64,000 nucleotides of DNA, taken from positions 8,409,214 through 8,473,213 of the forward strand of contig MU056000.1 of assembly GCA_013239625.1 (NCBI GenBank), given 5' to 3'. This document shows positions 26,861 through 41,204 of the stretch, piece by piece. This stretch comes from Lama guanicoe (taxonomy: Eukaryota). Each line of letters starts with the position of its first letter. The first letter of the stretch is position 1. The notes under the pieces are model-generated. The model ran no database searches. It was not told where the DNA came from and saw nothing but the letters and a program-made list of their open reading frames with translations. The position numbers were made by a program, and so were the translations under genes.

Positions 26861-28664
26861 TATAATGAAAACCATTTAGTATGCAGCAATTTATAATGCA
26901 TCATCAGCTCTATTTAAAATTGCCAAGGAATCTTACGGTTACAACAGCAACTGGTACACAAATGTCCTATAAATCTTCACGGGTTTATAAAACAGAAATA
27001 TTAAAATTAATGAGTTTTGGCAATATACAATATTAAAGTCACCAAACCATGTATATTTCTACTAATCACACCTGTGTCTACATTTAAGTGGAAATACACC
27101 TGGATGAAATTAATGATTATAATAAAAACAATATAAAACTTTAGGGCTCATCTTTACCAAAAAAACAGATAGTGACCCACTTCTGGAATCAGTAACCACC
27201 CTAGCTCTCCTAGACACACCAAAAATACGTGCTAACAGCTGTCATGGGTTTACTGGGCTACACAGACATTCCTCTTTATACCAGAGAAATAGTCTCAGAC
27301 TCTGCAATTTACAGATCCATCACGGTAAGCTCAACAGAAACTGAAACAGACACGGTGTCTTACATTTGACTCCCCCAATAGGAGGGGAAGTTCTAATGCA
27401 TTCCACAATAAAGAGAATGTACATAATATAATATATATTCATTAAATAATAATTGTATTATTATGTAGCTATGTAATATAATATATCTATAAAATAATAC
27501 AACCATTTCGGCTGAAATTTCAGAGAAATATGCCTAGCACAGCTCGTAATTCAGTGCTCGTCACACACACTGGCTTCCCAGAACATAAGGTCACTGCCAA
27601 TGTCCCAGGCACTGGAGTTCCCCGCAGCAGTTTCTAAAGACTTAACCATCCATCCACCTCCTACACTGTATCTGTGCAAGAGTCTAAACAGCAGTGTCTA
27701 AGCTTGTAAACAAAAACAACCTGTCTTCCAAAAGAGTCTCCCTAATAACATTTAAAACAAATTTCCATTTTGTATTTCTCTATTTAATCACAGATTGACA
27801 CGATAAAATCTGATACAAAAAAAAAAATCATGCTCCAAAGCCGGTCCACAACAACTTACAAGTTGTCAAGTCCCAACTGTCACAGTCTACTAAAGAGAAA
27901 GTCCCCAAACACCAGCCACATGCTGGCCTGCAACAAGGTCTCACTTCATAGCACATGAAAGTGTTCACTCAAATAATGGCAATTTGCCTCCATATTGATT
28001 CCAAATACGCATCTGCCACTTCTTCACAACTTCTCAAGATACTGGAGCTCAACCACACACTTTGTTTTCCAGAATTACTATCAATGAGCAGTCAAGGACA
28101 GAATTTCACCCTGTAACTAGATATCTGTATTCCTTAGCCAGTATTTTAACCCATCACAGCATGGAAACTGTCATCAGTGTTCTAAATTTAAGTAGAGAAC
28201 ACAGAGTTTCAACTATCCTTATACAATTTTAATTGTTAGCACGAACTTGGAAATTTCAAAAATAAATCTCTTTCCTGGCCCTTAAAAGAACAAAAATAAA
28301 ACAAAAACTGAAGAGAGCCATGATAACTTTGGGAAGTTGCCAAGGTATGTTGTCATTTTTATAGCCACAGACAAGAAATTTCTCATTTGTAAGTGACATA
28401 ATTAGACAATACACAATCTCAAGAGAAAAGTAAAACTTTGCTTAGAGAGTTAAATTTAAATTATACATGTGCAAGAGGTTTTCATTTACTCGTGGAGGTT
28501 AAACAGCTAAGAACTTTTCTTTTTTTTATTTATATATTCATTAAATATTACACCTTGGTCGTTTAAATATTCTGCTATGCGATCAAAGAATATTTTAAAC
28601 AGATGAATGAAAAAGTGATTATCAATCCCTAACCCTACTTTTGTCAATTCTTCTGTTTTCCAGG

Positions 28665-29280
28665 CTCTGTTTCTATGATTTGGGTTTCTTTTTTTTAGAT
28701 TCCACATGTAAGTGATATCACACAGCGTTTGTTTTTGTCACTTAGCGTAATACTCTCATCTATGTTGTTGCAATGGTAAGATTCTCTTCTTTTTCATGGC
28801 TGAGTAATATTCCATTGTATGTATGGACCACATCTTCTTTATCCATTCATCTGTTGATGGGCACTTAGGTTGTCTTCTCATCTTGGCTACTGTGAATAAT
28901 GCTTCAGTGAACAAGGGAGAGCAGATATCTCTTCAATCTCATTTTCATTTCCTGATAAATACCCAGAACTGGGATTGCCGGACCATAAGGTAGTTCTATT
29001 TTTAACTTTCTGAGGACTGTCCATACTGCTTTCCATAGTGGCTGCACCACATTCTACTCCCACCAGCAGTGCACAAGAATTCCCTTTTCCCCACATCCTC
29101 ACCTGTACTTATCATCTCTTGTCTCTTTGATGAAGGCCATTCTGACAGTGGGGAGTGCTACCTTGGGGTTTTGGTTTACATTTCCCAGGTGACTGGGGGT
29201 GTCTTGCACCTTTTCATGTACTTGTTGGCTATTTATATGTCTTCTTTGGGAAAAATTACCTATTCAGTGTCTGTGCCCAT
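28665..29280 (-). mobile_element. L1 ORF2 3' region fragment (L1MA-like), same orientation as CTNND2
   Basis: ttagattccacatgtaagtgatatcacacag, ggctgagtaatattccattgtat, ttatccattcatctgttgatgggcacttaggttg. The 28887..29102 ORF resembles degenerate ORF2. Confidence 0.9.
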
Positions 29281-31044
29281 AAAATTATACTTTAAACTGT
29301 GGAATAAATCCATCAGACAAAAAGAGGTTCCAACCACAGAGAAACATGAGTCATCTTTCACTCTGTAGCTTTCTGCATGGTGTTACTATTTCTCTTACAG
29401 TACTTTATCCATTGTACCAAGATTACAGATAGAAACCCCTACCCTCACAGCAAGTGCATACAGTAATTACTAATAATTTCATTTCATAAGTGGAGAACAA
29501 GGAGACTCAGAAACAATAAACTGCAAGTCCAGTCTCAGAGGCCAGAAGTCAACAGCGGCCGAGGATTTTAACCCAAATATTTGGCATCTTGTCATTTATC
29601 CTTTTGATGAGACCTCAGGATTCTCAATGTTTGAACGTAATATTTACATTACAGATCTGATTACAAAAAACACTCATCAGTTTCAGGGAAGTTTTTTTTC
29701 TTTTTTTTTTGGAATTTTAAATAAATCCTCAGCTTTTGTCACTAAGAGTCTAGTTACTCTTGAGATCTTGAAAATAGGATGTCATTTTTTTTAAAGTCAC
29801 CATTATGCCAACATTTTTTAATGTTATAAAGTCTATCATGTTCTAAGAGACTAATAAGCTTGGTTCAAATCTCCAAGGGCAAATTTTAGCAAAGCTGTTT
29901 GAAAAGAAATTTATCTATGTGTTTGTTATTGTATGTGATCACAGTATATTTTAAATCTCAGATATGAGTAAATAAATAGGTTTGGTACAGCTCTGACACG
30001 CTGCCGATCTAAAAATGATAATACTTAACATTTTAAAATTCATTTGTACCACTTTTCTAACTTATTTTTAAAACTAACTTCTTTCGCAGTTAATTCCTTC
30101 TATGTATGAGAAAGTCTCTTTCTAGCATTAGGCGTCCCACTTTCTACTTTTTTCTTTCTTCTTTTCCTAAATATTTACAGTATCTCCCATGACCAGTAGT
30201 TACCACTCTCTGACATACAAATTATTCCTGAAAAATACCAAATGTGTTAATACTTGTTACAAAATTAGTCAATTATAGGAGTTCAAATACATAAACAAAT
30301 TTAAAGAAAATGAACATAACATAAAAAGAAACTGTGGTTTTTATGTCCAGAAAGAAAAATAAAATTTCTATTACTTAGGTAGAAATTTTGTATCTTTTAT
30401 GTGGCAATATTTTGGTGTTTTTATTGGTCTTTCTGGAGGGAGAGATCTAAGAGTAAACTTGATTATAATCTGCCTTTTTATGTCTCTATATTATTGACAA
30501 ACTTTCACTATCTCCAAACGATGATTGACAGATGAATATTCAATCAAGGACATTATTTTTAAAAGGGAAAAGAAGGGTTTTAAGTTCTAGCTAATGTCAA
30601 AACCTTATTAACCTGCAGCGGTTATTAAAAGCATAGTAACAAGCACTCGAAATTTAATTTTTTATATACAAATGTCCAAAAGATTAAAAAAAAAACACTA
30701 CCCAAAGATAAACCAACATGATAGTTATTAAAAAATCTCAATTATGTAAACACTGTAGGTACATGAATTTTGGTTAGAAAAACCATAAATATTCAACTAC
30801 AAAAATTTTCTCTTATATTTGTCTTTCCCACAATAAAGTTTCCTATCAATTAATTTCTGTGTTTCTTAGATGAAAAAGCAATTAAAAATGTATATCAGTG
30901 TCATACTTATCCTACCAGGTACACAAAAGAATATTATCTATAAACGGATGGTTATGAAAATGAGGAAATAGCTATGAAGTTATAGTTAAAACTGTGAGTT
31001 ACAATTAAACAAATATTTTTATAAGACAGTATCATTATGATATT

Positions 31045-31200
31045 AAAGCATACTGTGTACCAGACACTCTTCTAAGCTCTTCACCAGTATTGACTGACTC
31101 AATTAACACAACAACCCTTTTCGGCACTTCCATTATTAACCCCATTTCCCAGATGATGAAACTGAGGTCCCGAGAGATTACCTCCCTAAGGGATCAAGGG
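31045..31200 (-). mobile_element. MIR SINE
   Basis: tactgtgtaccagacactcttctaagc...attattaaccccatttcccagatgatgaaactgaggtcccgagagatta (antisense MIR core). Confidence 0.8.
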
Positions 31201-34200
31201 AAGAGCTATTGTGTAAAGCCATACAGCCTATGGTTCCCAACCACAATACTGTCCTACAAATCTGTAGGATGCCTCAATGCTGATAACAATTTAAAAACTA
31301 GTTCATTAATTTAAAAATAATTAACTGATCAAAAAATGTGCCACGTCTAAGTACTAGGTATTGAGTATTGGACACAAAAGACAAATAGGAAATGGTCTCT
31401 TCCCACTTTGGAGATGCCTCAGGGGAAAATGATGAATGTAGAGATTGGATTTACAAAGTGTGGATCTTTGCCGTAAAGAGGGAAGGTTTACAAGTCAGAA
31501 TGCCGTCAGAGTGCTTATTATTTTAGTGTCCCAGAGCCTAGCACAATGGCCAGGACATATTCTAGATGCTCTTTTAACTGGCTCTATTCTGCAACCCTTG
31601 CTGACTGGTCTCTTCTGCACTTGCGGTCAGTTTTCCACTCCAAAGCCCCCTGGGGCCCTCCTGCCTTCACCGGCTGGGGAGGAACTCACCAGCAGGTAGC
31701 TGTGCTGTTTTCCAAACCCATTCATTCCATTTTATCTTGTGATTATGTTCTTTAATCAAACATATATAAAATGATGAGTATAACTGAATCAAGAATAAAA
31801 GGCTTTTTTTAATGATTGCTTTGGTGAAACCCCTTTAAGATAATCCATCTACAGATGCTGTGGAATTAATTTTAGATGTGATGACTATAAAGAGCTAGGG
31901 ATAGATGATAAACATCTAGAAGGATTCTTCTTTCAAAATGCTCCACAAGTATCTTAGATTTTTTTTCATTTACTTTAAATAACCGGCAATTGGAAATCGT
32001 AAATGATGCAATGTGGGGAGACTGGGTGAGGGAGGGGTCTGCAAGAATGCTCATCTAACACTCCTTCGAGCCGACCCATATTCAAATAAATAACTAAGTC
32101 CTAAAAGATTAGTGAACACAGTACAAATACATCAGAATCATTTATTTTCAAAATGACTCTCTAATTTTTAATGATTTCTCTTACTGACTGGCCCTGATGC
32201 CTTGGTTAAGAGTTTTTCTTACTAACCAGTGTCTCAATACTTCTTTGTTGAAAGAATGAATGAATGAAGTAGCAAGTGAATTGATAATGTTTAACCTATT
32301 CTGTCTGTGATGTGGTTACTGAGTTGGTCTTGTCATTGTGTGAGCGTTTGTTTTGCCGGAATCATTGACTTACCAGATCAATTAGTCATTTATTAAGTTA
32401 ATTAAGAAACAAGTGGCTACTGGTACTTGTTGATGTCAATAATTCCACCGAAGACAACGATGCTGGGGTTTGTAAGAATCTTTTGTTTGCATGGATTCAG
32501 CCCCTGTTCCCCTGTGACTTTCTGCCTGTGCATGGCTTCTGCATGAGGAAATGCCGCCTGATAGACTGCTTTTATGAAACAGTAATTACTCTCAGAATGA
32601 TGCTAAATTTAAATTGTACAAGTGACTGAATTTCAATTTAGAATAACAAATCTACACATCATCTTATTGGAAAATCATTATCTAATTTCTGTGTACCACA
32701 CATATAATTTGCACAATTGAGAAAAAAGAAGTCTCTTAATTAACTGTTCTCTTTTTTTTAAATCTCTCTGAACTTTGAACATAGGATTAAAGTTTCATTG
32801 AACAAATAGGATGAAGAATATTAATCAGAAATTAATTTATAGGTTTTATTTTCAAGAGTGCATATACCTGGTCATGATTTAATCACTGAGTAAGTACCTA
32901 GAGAAAACTGAATAATGTCTTGAATTCTGATTTTATATATTTCAATCTGTATCACGCTGCACAGATACATCATTAAATTAAAGTTGTTAGAGTTACTACA
33001 GAACGATTTAGGAATAAACAAGCTCAGAACAGATGATGAGCCTAATCTGGGTGCAAGAAACCAGCCTTCGCCACCTAAGACCTCACCTCTTGCCATTAAG
33101 CCTGAACAAGATTTAAAACCAATGTCTTCAACACACAGGATTTCATGCAAAAAAACAAAAACAAAAAAGTATGGCTTATATTGGTCACCAAAAAAACTTC
33201 CAATTTAAAATTTTAATTGACCACATCAGTTAACGTATTAGGCAAATTTGAAAACTGGAGTCTCTAATAATTAGAAGAATGTGGGACTTGAAAAACCAAG
33301 GGACTGAGTCACGTGTAAAGTAAGTGTTACTGGCCGAATTAGTATGAGGAAAAACTGTTAATCCGCATACATATATGATTTCTAATGTGCTCAGTTAGTT
33401 ATGTGAAAGATAAATTGCACCTTTCAATAGGAAAAATATATATATTTTTTTTTGGTACAACCAGGGGAAGCTTCCACCTGGAGTTCCCTGCAATGCTGCC
33501 ACCGATTCTGTTTCTTCTTGGCACGAAGCAAAAAGTTCAGAAGCACACGAGCAGCCCTGGAGCGAGCAGCCTGGGCGCGCCAGGACTCTATGCCGATCTG
33601 TTTTATAAATGGGAGGGTAATGAGGCATAAAGGAATTAAGTAATATTTTCAAGGTCATTCCCTGAGTCTTTAATAGAGCAGAGAATAAAACCATAAGTTT
33701 TGTCTATTAGATACATACTGTGGTGTCGAGAGCAAGCTTCCAATCCTGCACTCCCGCACAGTGAACCAAAAGGAGGAGCCTGGCACTGGACAGCTGGCTT
33801 AAGTGTGACATGAAACGCGTGCTTATCCAACAACGGAAATGATCCGAAAAAGAATTATTCCAAAAAGTACATGAAAGATGAAATAAAATGGGATTACAAT
33901 TTCCAAATGAGACCTTACCTTAAGATGAATGACCGTGTTCAAACATATCTCTCCTGTGCTTGTTTTGAGCCATATGCTTTGCAATGACCTTGTACATTTA
34001 ATCTAGGGCATCACAAGTTAGGAGCTTATAACGGCCAAGAGCAGCTCCATACAGGAAAGACGTTTTCCACAGGGGCCAGCCAACCCCAAACACTGGCCTG
34101 GGTCCTGTTTTCTTCTGCTTACCTGTGAGTTTGATTCTGAAACCACACATCTGGCTTTGCGAAAGAAAGAGAACTCACCCACGGAATCCTGCCTGTACGA

Positions 34201-34857
34201 CTGCTCTTAACCTAGGGTACGGAGTCCCTTTCCACATGCTGTCAAGGCTCACAAAAGGCAACAGAAATGGTAGAAACACACTTTTGCTCAGAACTAGTAC
34301 ATTCTGCCCAAGTACCCAAGCCAACACTGTCCTATGAAAACACGGACACTGATTAAAACTCCTTGAGGCCGTGTCATTGTAGGACGGGGACCCTTTCTGT
34401 AGCAGTCATTTGGCTTAGCACTGTCTCACCCGACGACGGATCGGCGGACCAAGGCAAGTTTTCTGTAGAAGAAACGCTGACTTGGCTTTAATTGTCTGCC
34501 CAACAGCCAACAGGCATTACAAGAGCTTCCGATGCAAGGAAACAAGAGGGAAATGACTTACATAGCATTTATATGCTATTTGAGACATTTCATGTCAAAT
34601 TTCCTCATCTAGCTTCAGATTTCATCACCTACTTTGAGATATCCTCCTCACGGCAAGGAGAAACATCTTTAGTAGGCACTTTTCACACTAAAATTGGACA
34701 ATACAAACTTCAACGTGTGCAGTGGAAATCTGTTGGTGGTGTGTGATACGTAGCCCTTCTCCCTGCTTTGGTTGGTTGAATCTCGATTACTCCTGGAGGG
34801 AATTATCCACTGAGGCTGGCATGAAGCTGCCTATGTTCACAATCAAGCATTGCTATC

Positions 34858-35371
34858 TCTGGTAGGCAGAATAATGGTCCCCAGAGATGTCCATGTCCCC
34901 AGTCCCCAGAACTTGTGACTATGTTATGTTACATGGCAAGAGGGAATTAGCACAGATGGAAGTAACACTGCAAATTAGCTGCTCTCAATTGAGACGATCC
35001 TCCTGGATTATCTGGGTGGACCCAGCGTCATCACAAGGATCCTTAGTAGTGGAAAAGGGAGGCAGGAGGGTTGACGTCAGAGGAGACATGACAGTGGAAC
35101 AAGATGGAGGAGATGTGATACTGGCTTTGAAGATGGGAAGTGGGCCACAAGCCAAGGAATGCAGGCAGCCTCTCAAAGTTGGAAAAGGCAAGGAACCAAA
35201 TTCTCCTCTAAAGCCTTCAGAAGCAATGCAGCCCTCTTACTGCCCTGACTTTCGACTAGTGAGGACCACTTCAGGCTCCTGACTTCCACAATTAGAACAC
35301 AATAAATCTGTGTAGTTTTAGGCCACTGAATTTGTGGCACGTTGTTACAGCAGACACAGGAAACTAATGCA
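34858..35371 (+). mobile_element. ERVL-MaLR solo LTR (MLT1D-like)
   Basis: Starts ggtaggcagaataatggtccccagagatgtccatgtcc and ends gttacagcagacacaggaaactaatgca. AATAAA at 35301-35306. Confidence 0.9.
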
Positions 35372-36039
35372 CCATGCTTTCCTGGCCAGTTGTGAGCATG
35401 GCTCTTATCCAGTGGGCTCCGCATAGGCTCTGGACCTTAAGGAGAGCAACGCAATGATTAAAAAAAAAAAGTTGAATCTGATTCTGCCGATGGAGACACC
35501 CCAAAGTCACATCTACTCATCCCTGCTGCCTGTATCTTCTGGGTCCTGCCCCTCCTAATCCCTGGCTTTTGGACATTTCTTCTTCTTTCATGAACATTTC
35601 AGATTGTTCCAACAGATAACCTTCCCCCCTTAAGAGAATCAGTGGTTCTCTGACTTGTAACCAAAGATCCAACCTGTTACAGTTAATTTAGTCCAACTAC
35701 TAACCTGGTTGCAGTGATACCCACTGGTCAATTGTGCCATTAAAATTGTATTTTCTAAGGGCCAGGCCCTGTGCTAGACACCAAGAGTCAAGACATTAAC
35801 AGGAAAAGCAGTTTCTACTACAAAGCGTTTCCAATTTAGTAGCCAGTACTGCAGATCCAATTCACAGGAATAATTGTTATACCAAGAAAAACACGTCTTG
35901 ATGAAAAGCAAAGAACATCATCTAAGTGGCACAAACACAGACTGCAAATCTGTCAGGATTCTGTTGGCCACAGGGAGCTGTGGATATTATAAGATCAGTC
36001 CTCAAGAAGGGAGTTAATAAATCTCTCTTCAGGTAGGGC

Positions 36040-36120
36040 TTTTCCTTCCTTCCATCCTTCCTTCCTTCCTTCCTTCTATCCTCCCTTCCTTCCTCCTTTC
36101 CTTTCCTCTGTCTTCCTGCC
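36040..36120. repeat. Degenerate (TTCC)n simple repeat
   Basis: ttccttccttccatccttccttccttccttccttc. Confidence 0.9.
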
Positions 36121-36129
36121 TTCAATTTT

Positions 36130-36620
36130 CAGGTGTTCATGAAACCCCTATTTAATGCGCTGAACTCAGGGAACCCCAGGCAAAGAAGCAAAGCAAAGAA
36201 TCTTGCAGTTCAGTGGTCCTGAGTGGATGGCAGATGAATAAGGAGACAGTTGCTCAGTGAGACAAATGTTCTGAGAGGGCCAGGCAGGGACGGCAAGGTC
36301 AGGAACACTCCTGGGGAACAGGACGCTGAGCTGAGTCCTGCAGGACAGGCAAAGTCGGTCAGCAGGGGGGACAGGGAGGAGAGAGTTCCGGTCACAGGGA
36401 GCACGCGTGCTGGTCTGAGGCAGTAATACGTACGGCGAGTCTCCAGGCTGCAAATGAATCAGGAAAGTAGAGTGAAGGCCCAAAGAAAAGAATCTTAAGA
36501 TGTAAGAGGAAAGAAAGGAAGGTCCAGGCCAGAGAATTTGCATTCTTTAGAGATTTGGAAGAACCTGGCCATGAAATAAAGAGATTTCATCCATGGGTTA
36601 AGAACCTTCGAGATAAGATT
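36130..36620 (-). mobile_element. L2 fragment
   Basis: ggtcaggaacactcctggggaacaggacgctgagctgagtcctgcagga...gagagagttccggtcacagggagcacgcgtgc resembles the antisense L2 3' region. Confidence 0.6.
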
Positions 36621-37021
36621 TTAATATTTTGAAACTTTCTCTCCTAAATGCAGCCTGAAAATTATTTTGAAAGAAGGTGTAGGACTTGAGGGAGAGCCCA
36701 GTTCTAAGGGCCCTGGGGCCATCGGTGTGTACAGCAGGCTCAAATAATGAGGTAGAAAGAAGGGCAGAGACAAGAGATGTCAGGACATCTCTTGAAGCTC
36801 ATTTGATGGACATGGGTTTTCAAAATGGCTCAAAAGGGTTAGATCATGACTTTTATTAATAATAAGTTATTAAATATTTCAACTAAAAACAATTCCTGAG
36901 ACAGCAAAATGTGATTTGTTCATTGCATCAGAATAGATCCACTATACATTGTGGATTCTGCATGGTTTCTTGAAAACTAGAATCATCTTAGAGATAGAAA
37001 ACAAAGACTTAGGTTTTCTAA

Positions 37022-37288
37022 CAAACTTATGGTTACTGAGGGGGAAGAGTGGGGATAAATTAGGAGTTTAGGATTTGCAGATACTAACTACTGTATACAA
37101 AAATAGATAAACAACAAGGTCCTACTGCTCAGCACAGGGAAATGTATTCAACGTCTTATAATAACATATAACGACAAGGAATATGAACAAGAATATGTGC
37201 ATATGCATAACTGAATCAATATACTGCACACCAGAAACAACACTGTAAGTCAACTATACTACAATAAAAAATAAAAATTAAAAAACTG
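37022..37288 (+). mobile_element. Artiodactyl-type L1 3' UTR (5'-truncated) with decayed TSD
   Basis: caaacttatggttactgagggggaag...gggataaattaggag...AATAAA at 37263-37268 and an A-rich tail. TSD aaagacttaggttttctaa (37003-37021) versus aaagacttggcttttctaa (37289-37307), 17/19 identical. Confidence 0.9.
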
Positions 37289-40200
37289 AAAGACTTGGCT
37301 TTTCTAAAAGATGTACCAAGAAGCTAGCACCATCCTATCCAATTTGGGGAAATCTTGTAGCAGTTAAGCAGGCATTTCAGCTACTTCTCTCCTGTAATGA
37401 GAACTCAAGCTACGCATTTTTATTTTTCCATACATTTCCATTAAATAATTAAATCATATTCCACTGATAAATTATTTACACATACTTGTGTATTCAACAC
37501 GTCACTGGCTGGTTGAGTGAAAGCACATCCCACAGGGAGAATGTCGAAAACATTACATCGGGATAATGCCAGTTACCATGGTATTAGTGCCAGTGGCTTA
37601 GAGGATGTTGAGGTTGGTAGCCTGGGGGACGCTGAGTTGACCCTCGGTTTGGTCCAGGGTGTCGCTGGCAGCCCCACACTAGCCATGGAGGGAAGCTCTT
37701 TAGTCTTGTCTCCCATGAACATCTCTTCATCTCTCCTCGAAAGCTCAGTAAACGTAAAATCTCAAAACTGCCGGGCAACATGTGTGCATCAGGAAGATGC
37801 ACAGTAATATGCCCCCAAGGTAAGGAGAACCAAGAAACTGGCCAATCTCCGGAACAGGCAGCTGTGGCCAGGAGCGCGGTGTTTTACTGCAAGTCTAACT
37901 CAGCCCCAGGGCTGCCCAACCACACAGATCTGGGAGGTGGCGGACCATCCACACGGCTACCTGGGTATTCGCTACTTGGTGTGGCCAGTCCACCAGCAGC
38001 ATGGGCTACCACCTGGGAGCTGGAAGGAATGAGCACTATAACAAGATCATAAGCACACGGGAGGAGCACAGACGACGTAGACAAGTAACATCCCCTGTAG
38101 TCCCGCAGTGGACGACCCGTGCAGCTGTACGTGGCAGCCCCGAGACCAGCACTGCTGCAATACTGCTTGAGCACCTCTGTCTCTAAGACAAAAGACCGCT
38201 GAGTATACGCAACGCTCAAGAGATGACTTAGAAGTGAGCCTCTAACAAGAACGACATCCCTTCCACAGTGAGTCAGATGAACGCCCATTTTTATCTTACT
38301 GTCTTCTGGCAAACCTCCAGCGTGTTTTCAGCCTCTCTTTCAATATACCGAAAATGGGCTCGTCAGGGATGCCCACCACGGCAGGCTGCCACGAGGCTCA
38401 GTTCTCCCTGAGTCTATTATGGTTCCCTGCTGACCAGGCACTGATAAGCACGTTCAAAGGCACATGAAGCAAGCTAGTCATTTGGCGAGCAACTGACAAA
38501 CAGCACTGTGAGTTCTCTTGCCAGAATCCTCGTTGCTACTCCCCCCCCGGCTCCTTCACTGTACATGCTTTGGATAACATTTGCCGAATTAAGTCAAAAG
38601 AAAAACATATGACAGATACAAGTATTATGCCTAAGAAACTGCCCACAGTCTTACTGGTCAATTAAGAGGATATTCCAATAACGTCAGACTAAATTCTTCA
38701 CTTGAAATACAAAAAAATCTAGGTTGGCATTACACACTTCTTTTCTACTAATAACCCCAAATGGGGGTGGACATATCTTGTCACACCACATTTTTTTTTT
38801 CTAATTACAGAATTAAGCGTGAACAAGCCCTGGCACAGAACTTCACAAAAACTAAGTGAACCCGGTTTTCCGTGGTCCCTCGCTCAGCCTACTGCCTTTC
38901 TGACAACCACCTCTATTACAGACATGTTGCACTACATCACGGGCAGTGAGGGCCACCCGAAACCCAAAGAGCCTCCTTCCAATCAGGATGTTAATGAAGG
39001 ACCAAAGAATCTGGGGCCCTAAGAATTTCCCAAGTTCGTATAACCACTGAGTGACAAGTCAGACCCTGACTGGGCATTTCATGTTCTCAGCAGCATGCCA
39101 CTCTGCATCGTGCAAACACACACCACCTGCAGCTGACCGACAAAAACGACCTGTAGTCGTTTCTGAGGACAAACCAGCGAGTACTAGAGATGAATCGCTG
39201 AGATGTTCCCAAGAGAAGCAGATCCAAAAGGCTCCGAGCCCCTGTGTCTTCAGGATCCTAGGCTCCTTCTCTGTCTTTCAGATGTTTGGAGAATTCAGTG
39301 ATGGAAAGTTGCATGGATGTATTCTGCCCAGATTTATGTTTCTGCAGGAAAGAGCTCACTCTGCTCACATAATAAAGTCAGTTTCTCTTAAAGGGGAAAG
39401 AAGAGTGTTTTTTCTATGCTTGGATTTCCATATATTATATAATGGATGTATTTCCCATCTGAATCAAATCAGTGGTCTCAAATTTCAGTAGGTAACAGAA
39501 TCAACTGGGGACCTTGGTAAAAATGTAGAATTCTAGACAGCATACCAGAAAATCAGATTTATAAGTTCCAAATTCCTTCAGAGATCCAGGCCTGGGTTAC
39601 TGCAGAGGCCACCTGCCCTGAACCTCACCTTGAAAATCCAGACACAGAAACTGCAGTGAGGTGGTTTCTGTGGCAACTTTGTGGGGGAGGCATACTGGGG
39701 CTCCAGAGTACCTCTCTGAAGGCTGATATCACCCCGACCCAATGGTACTAGGAGAAAATTACATGGAAAACGCACATTTATAATGAACTACAATAAAAAC
39801 ACATCATTAGGAGACAATCCTTTCACATTCACGACTGTAAAACGAAATCCTTAAAGGAACTTGGTTTCGTCTTGGTTTGAACAATTCACACAACGTACTT
39901 ACAGTGTATATTACACATTAATATTAAAACACTGTAAAGCATAGCATTCTTCTAGAGCTTAAAAGTGGCAATTTATTTTACTAATCATTTTGCGTAATAT
40001 CTATTTGCTGTAGTGCTGAAGCCAACACTTAATTCTCTAAAATCTGAATTCTAGTTGAAAAACCAAACGAGATACTACCTAGAGACACCACACAGTATAT
40101 AGCATATACATGTAAATTCACACACATGTAAAATGCACGCCCCAGAGTAAGGCATTCGCTTGAAATCATTGCCTTATAAATGACTGATAATTATATTTTC

Positions 40201-41204
40201 AAATTCCAGTAATAAGATGATTTGGCCATTCATAAATATGTATAATTTTCCTGTACCAACACCATCGACACATAATTTGTTTTCCAACCCCACTGATTTT
40301 CTCCAAGCAGATGTATCATTTTCCAATTATGAAATTAAACATTTGATTTGAAAATATGTTGGCAGTCTAATTCCAGGTTTAATAACTTTCTGTGTATTTT
40401 TAGGGCTATATTCTGCTAGAACTCCAGGGAAAATTATGAAATTCACAATAGCTAAATTTCAAAGAATGCAATCAGCCTGTGAGAACTAGTCAAGTAAATT
40501 ACCACCATGGGTTAAATTGTTAAGAACAGCCTACTGTTTTGGGGCCGGGGAAGTCTTTGGAGAGGAGAAGCCGTAGTTATGTGTTACAGAGGAACAGAGA
40601 CTCCCTGCAGCTTAGGAGACCTCACCAGCATCACAGAACTGGGGAGAGACAGGAGAAGCACTGAAATCTGGTCTCTGTATTTCTCAAAACATGGAACTAG
40701 TGTTCATGGAAGATGACAGCAATTTATTATTCTAATCTTAACCTGAATGTTCAGTACTTCATCAAGGAAACATAATGAGAATGTATCAGAATCATGAAGG
40801 ACTAGTGAAGATTCAGACTGAGCTTGTCAGGCATTCTGCAAAAGGGAAAAAAAGACTGTTCAGTATGGTGAATACACTTTCAACTTGGTTCAATTTTTCC
40901 CGATACTCAAGGAACCACTCATGCATGCACTGCAATCCACAGGGAGCAGGAGGGAGCTGACATGTTCTCAGACCACACTGCGTCCCGCCCCCTAGAGCCA
41001 AGTGCCCGCCATGGGCATCAGACTCAGGCTGCCACACACACACACAGAACCCGACCTGGGATCGCTGGCTTTGGGCCCCGGGGTGGGGGGTGGCATAGTT
41101 ACCCCATTTTTCTCCAATGACCACAGCACTAAGACTGTAAAGTTTCAAAGCGATGAGTGTTCACATTTCACACCATGTAGACCAGAAAGGCAAAGAGAGA
41201 TGCA

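Noticed and set aside
34117..34175. Possible microexon or recursive splice site (minus strand CACAG|GTAAGC, GT at 34122-34121)
   Set aside because: The donor is good but there is no pyrimidine tract directly before the AG. Candidate exons would be 14, 28 or 32 nt and not frame-preserving, and such motifs are expected by chance in 64 kb.
34887..35282. 131-aa ORF
   Set aside because: Entirely within an MLT1D solo LTR, which is non-coding.
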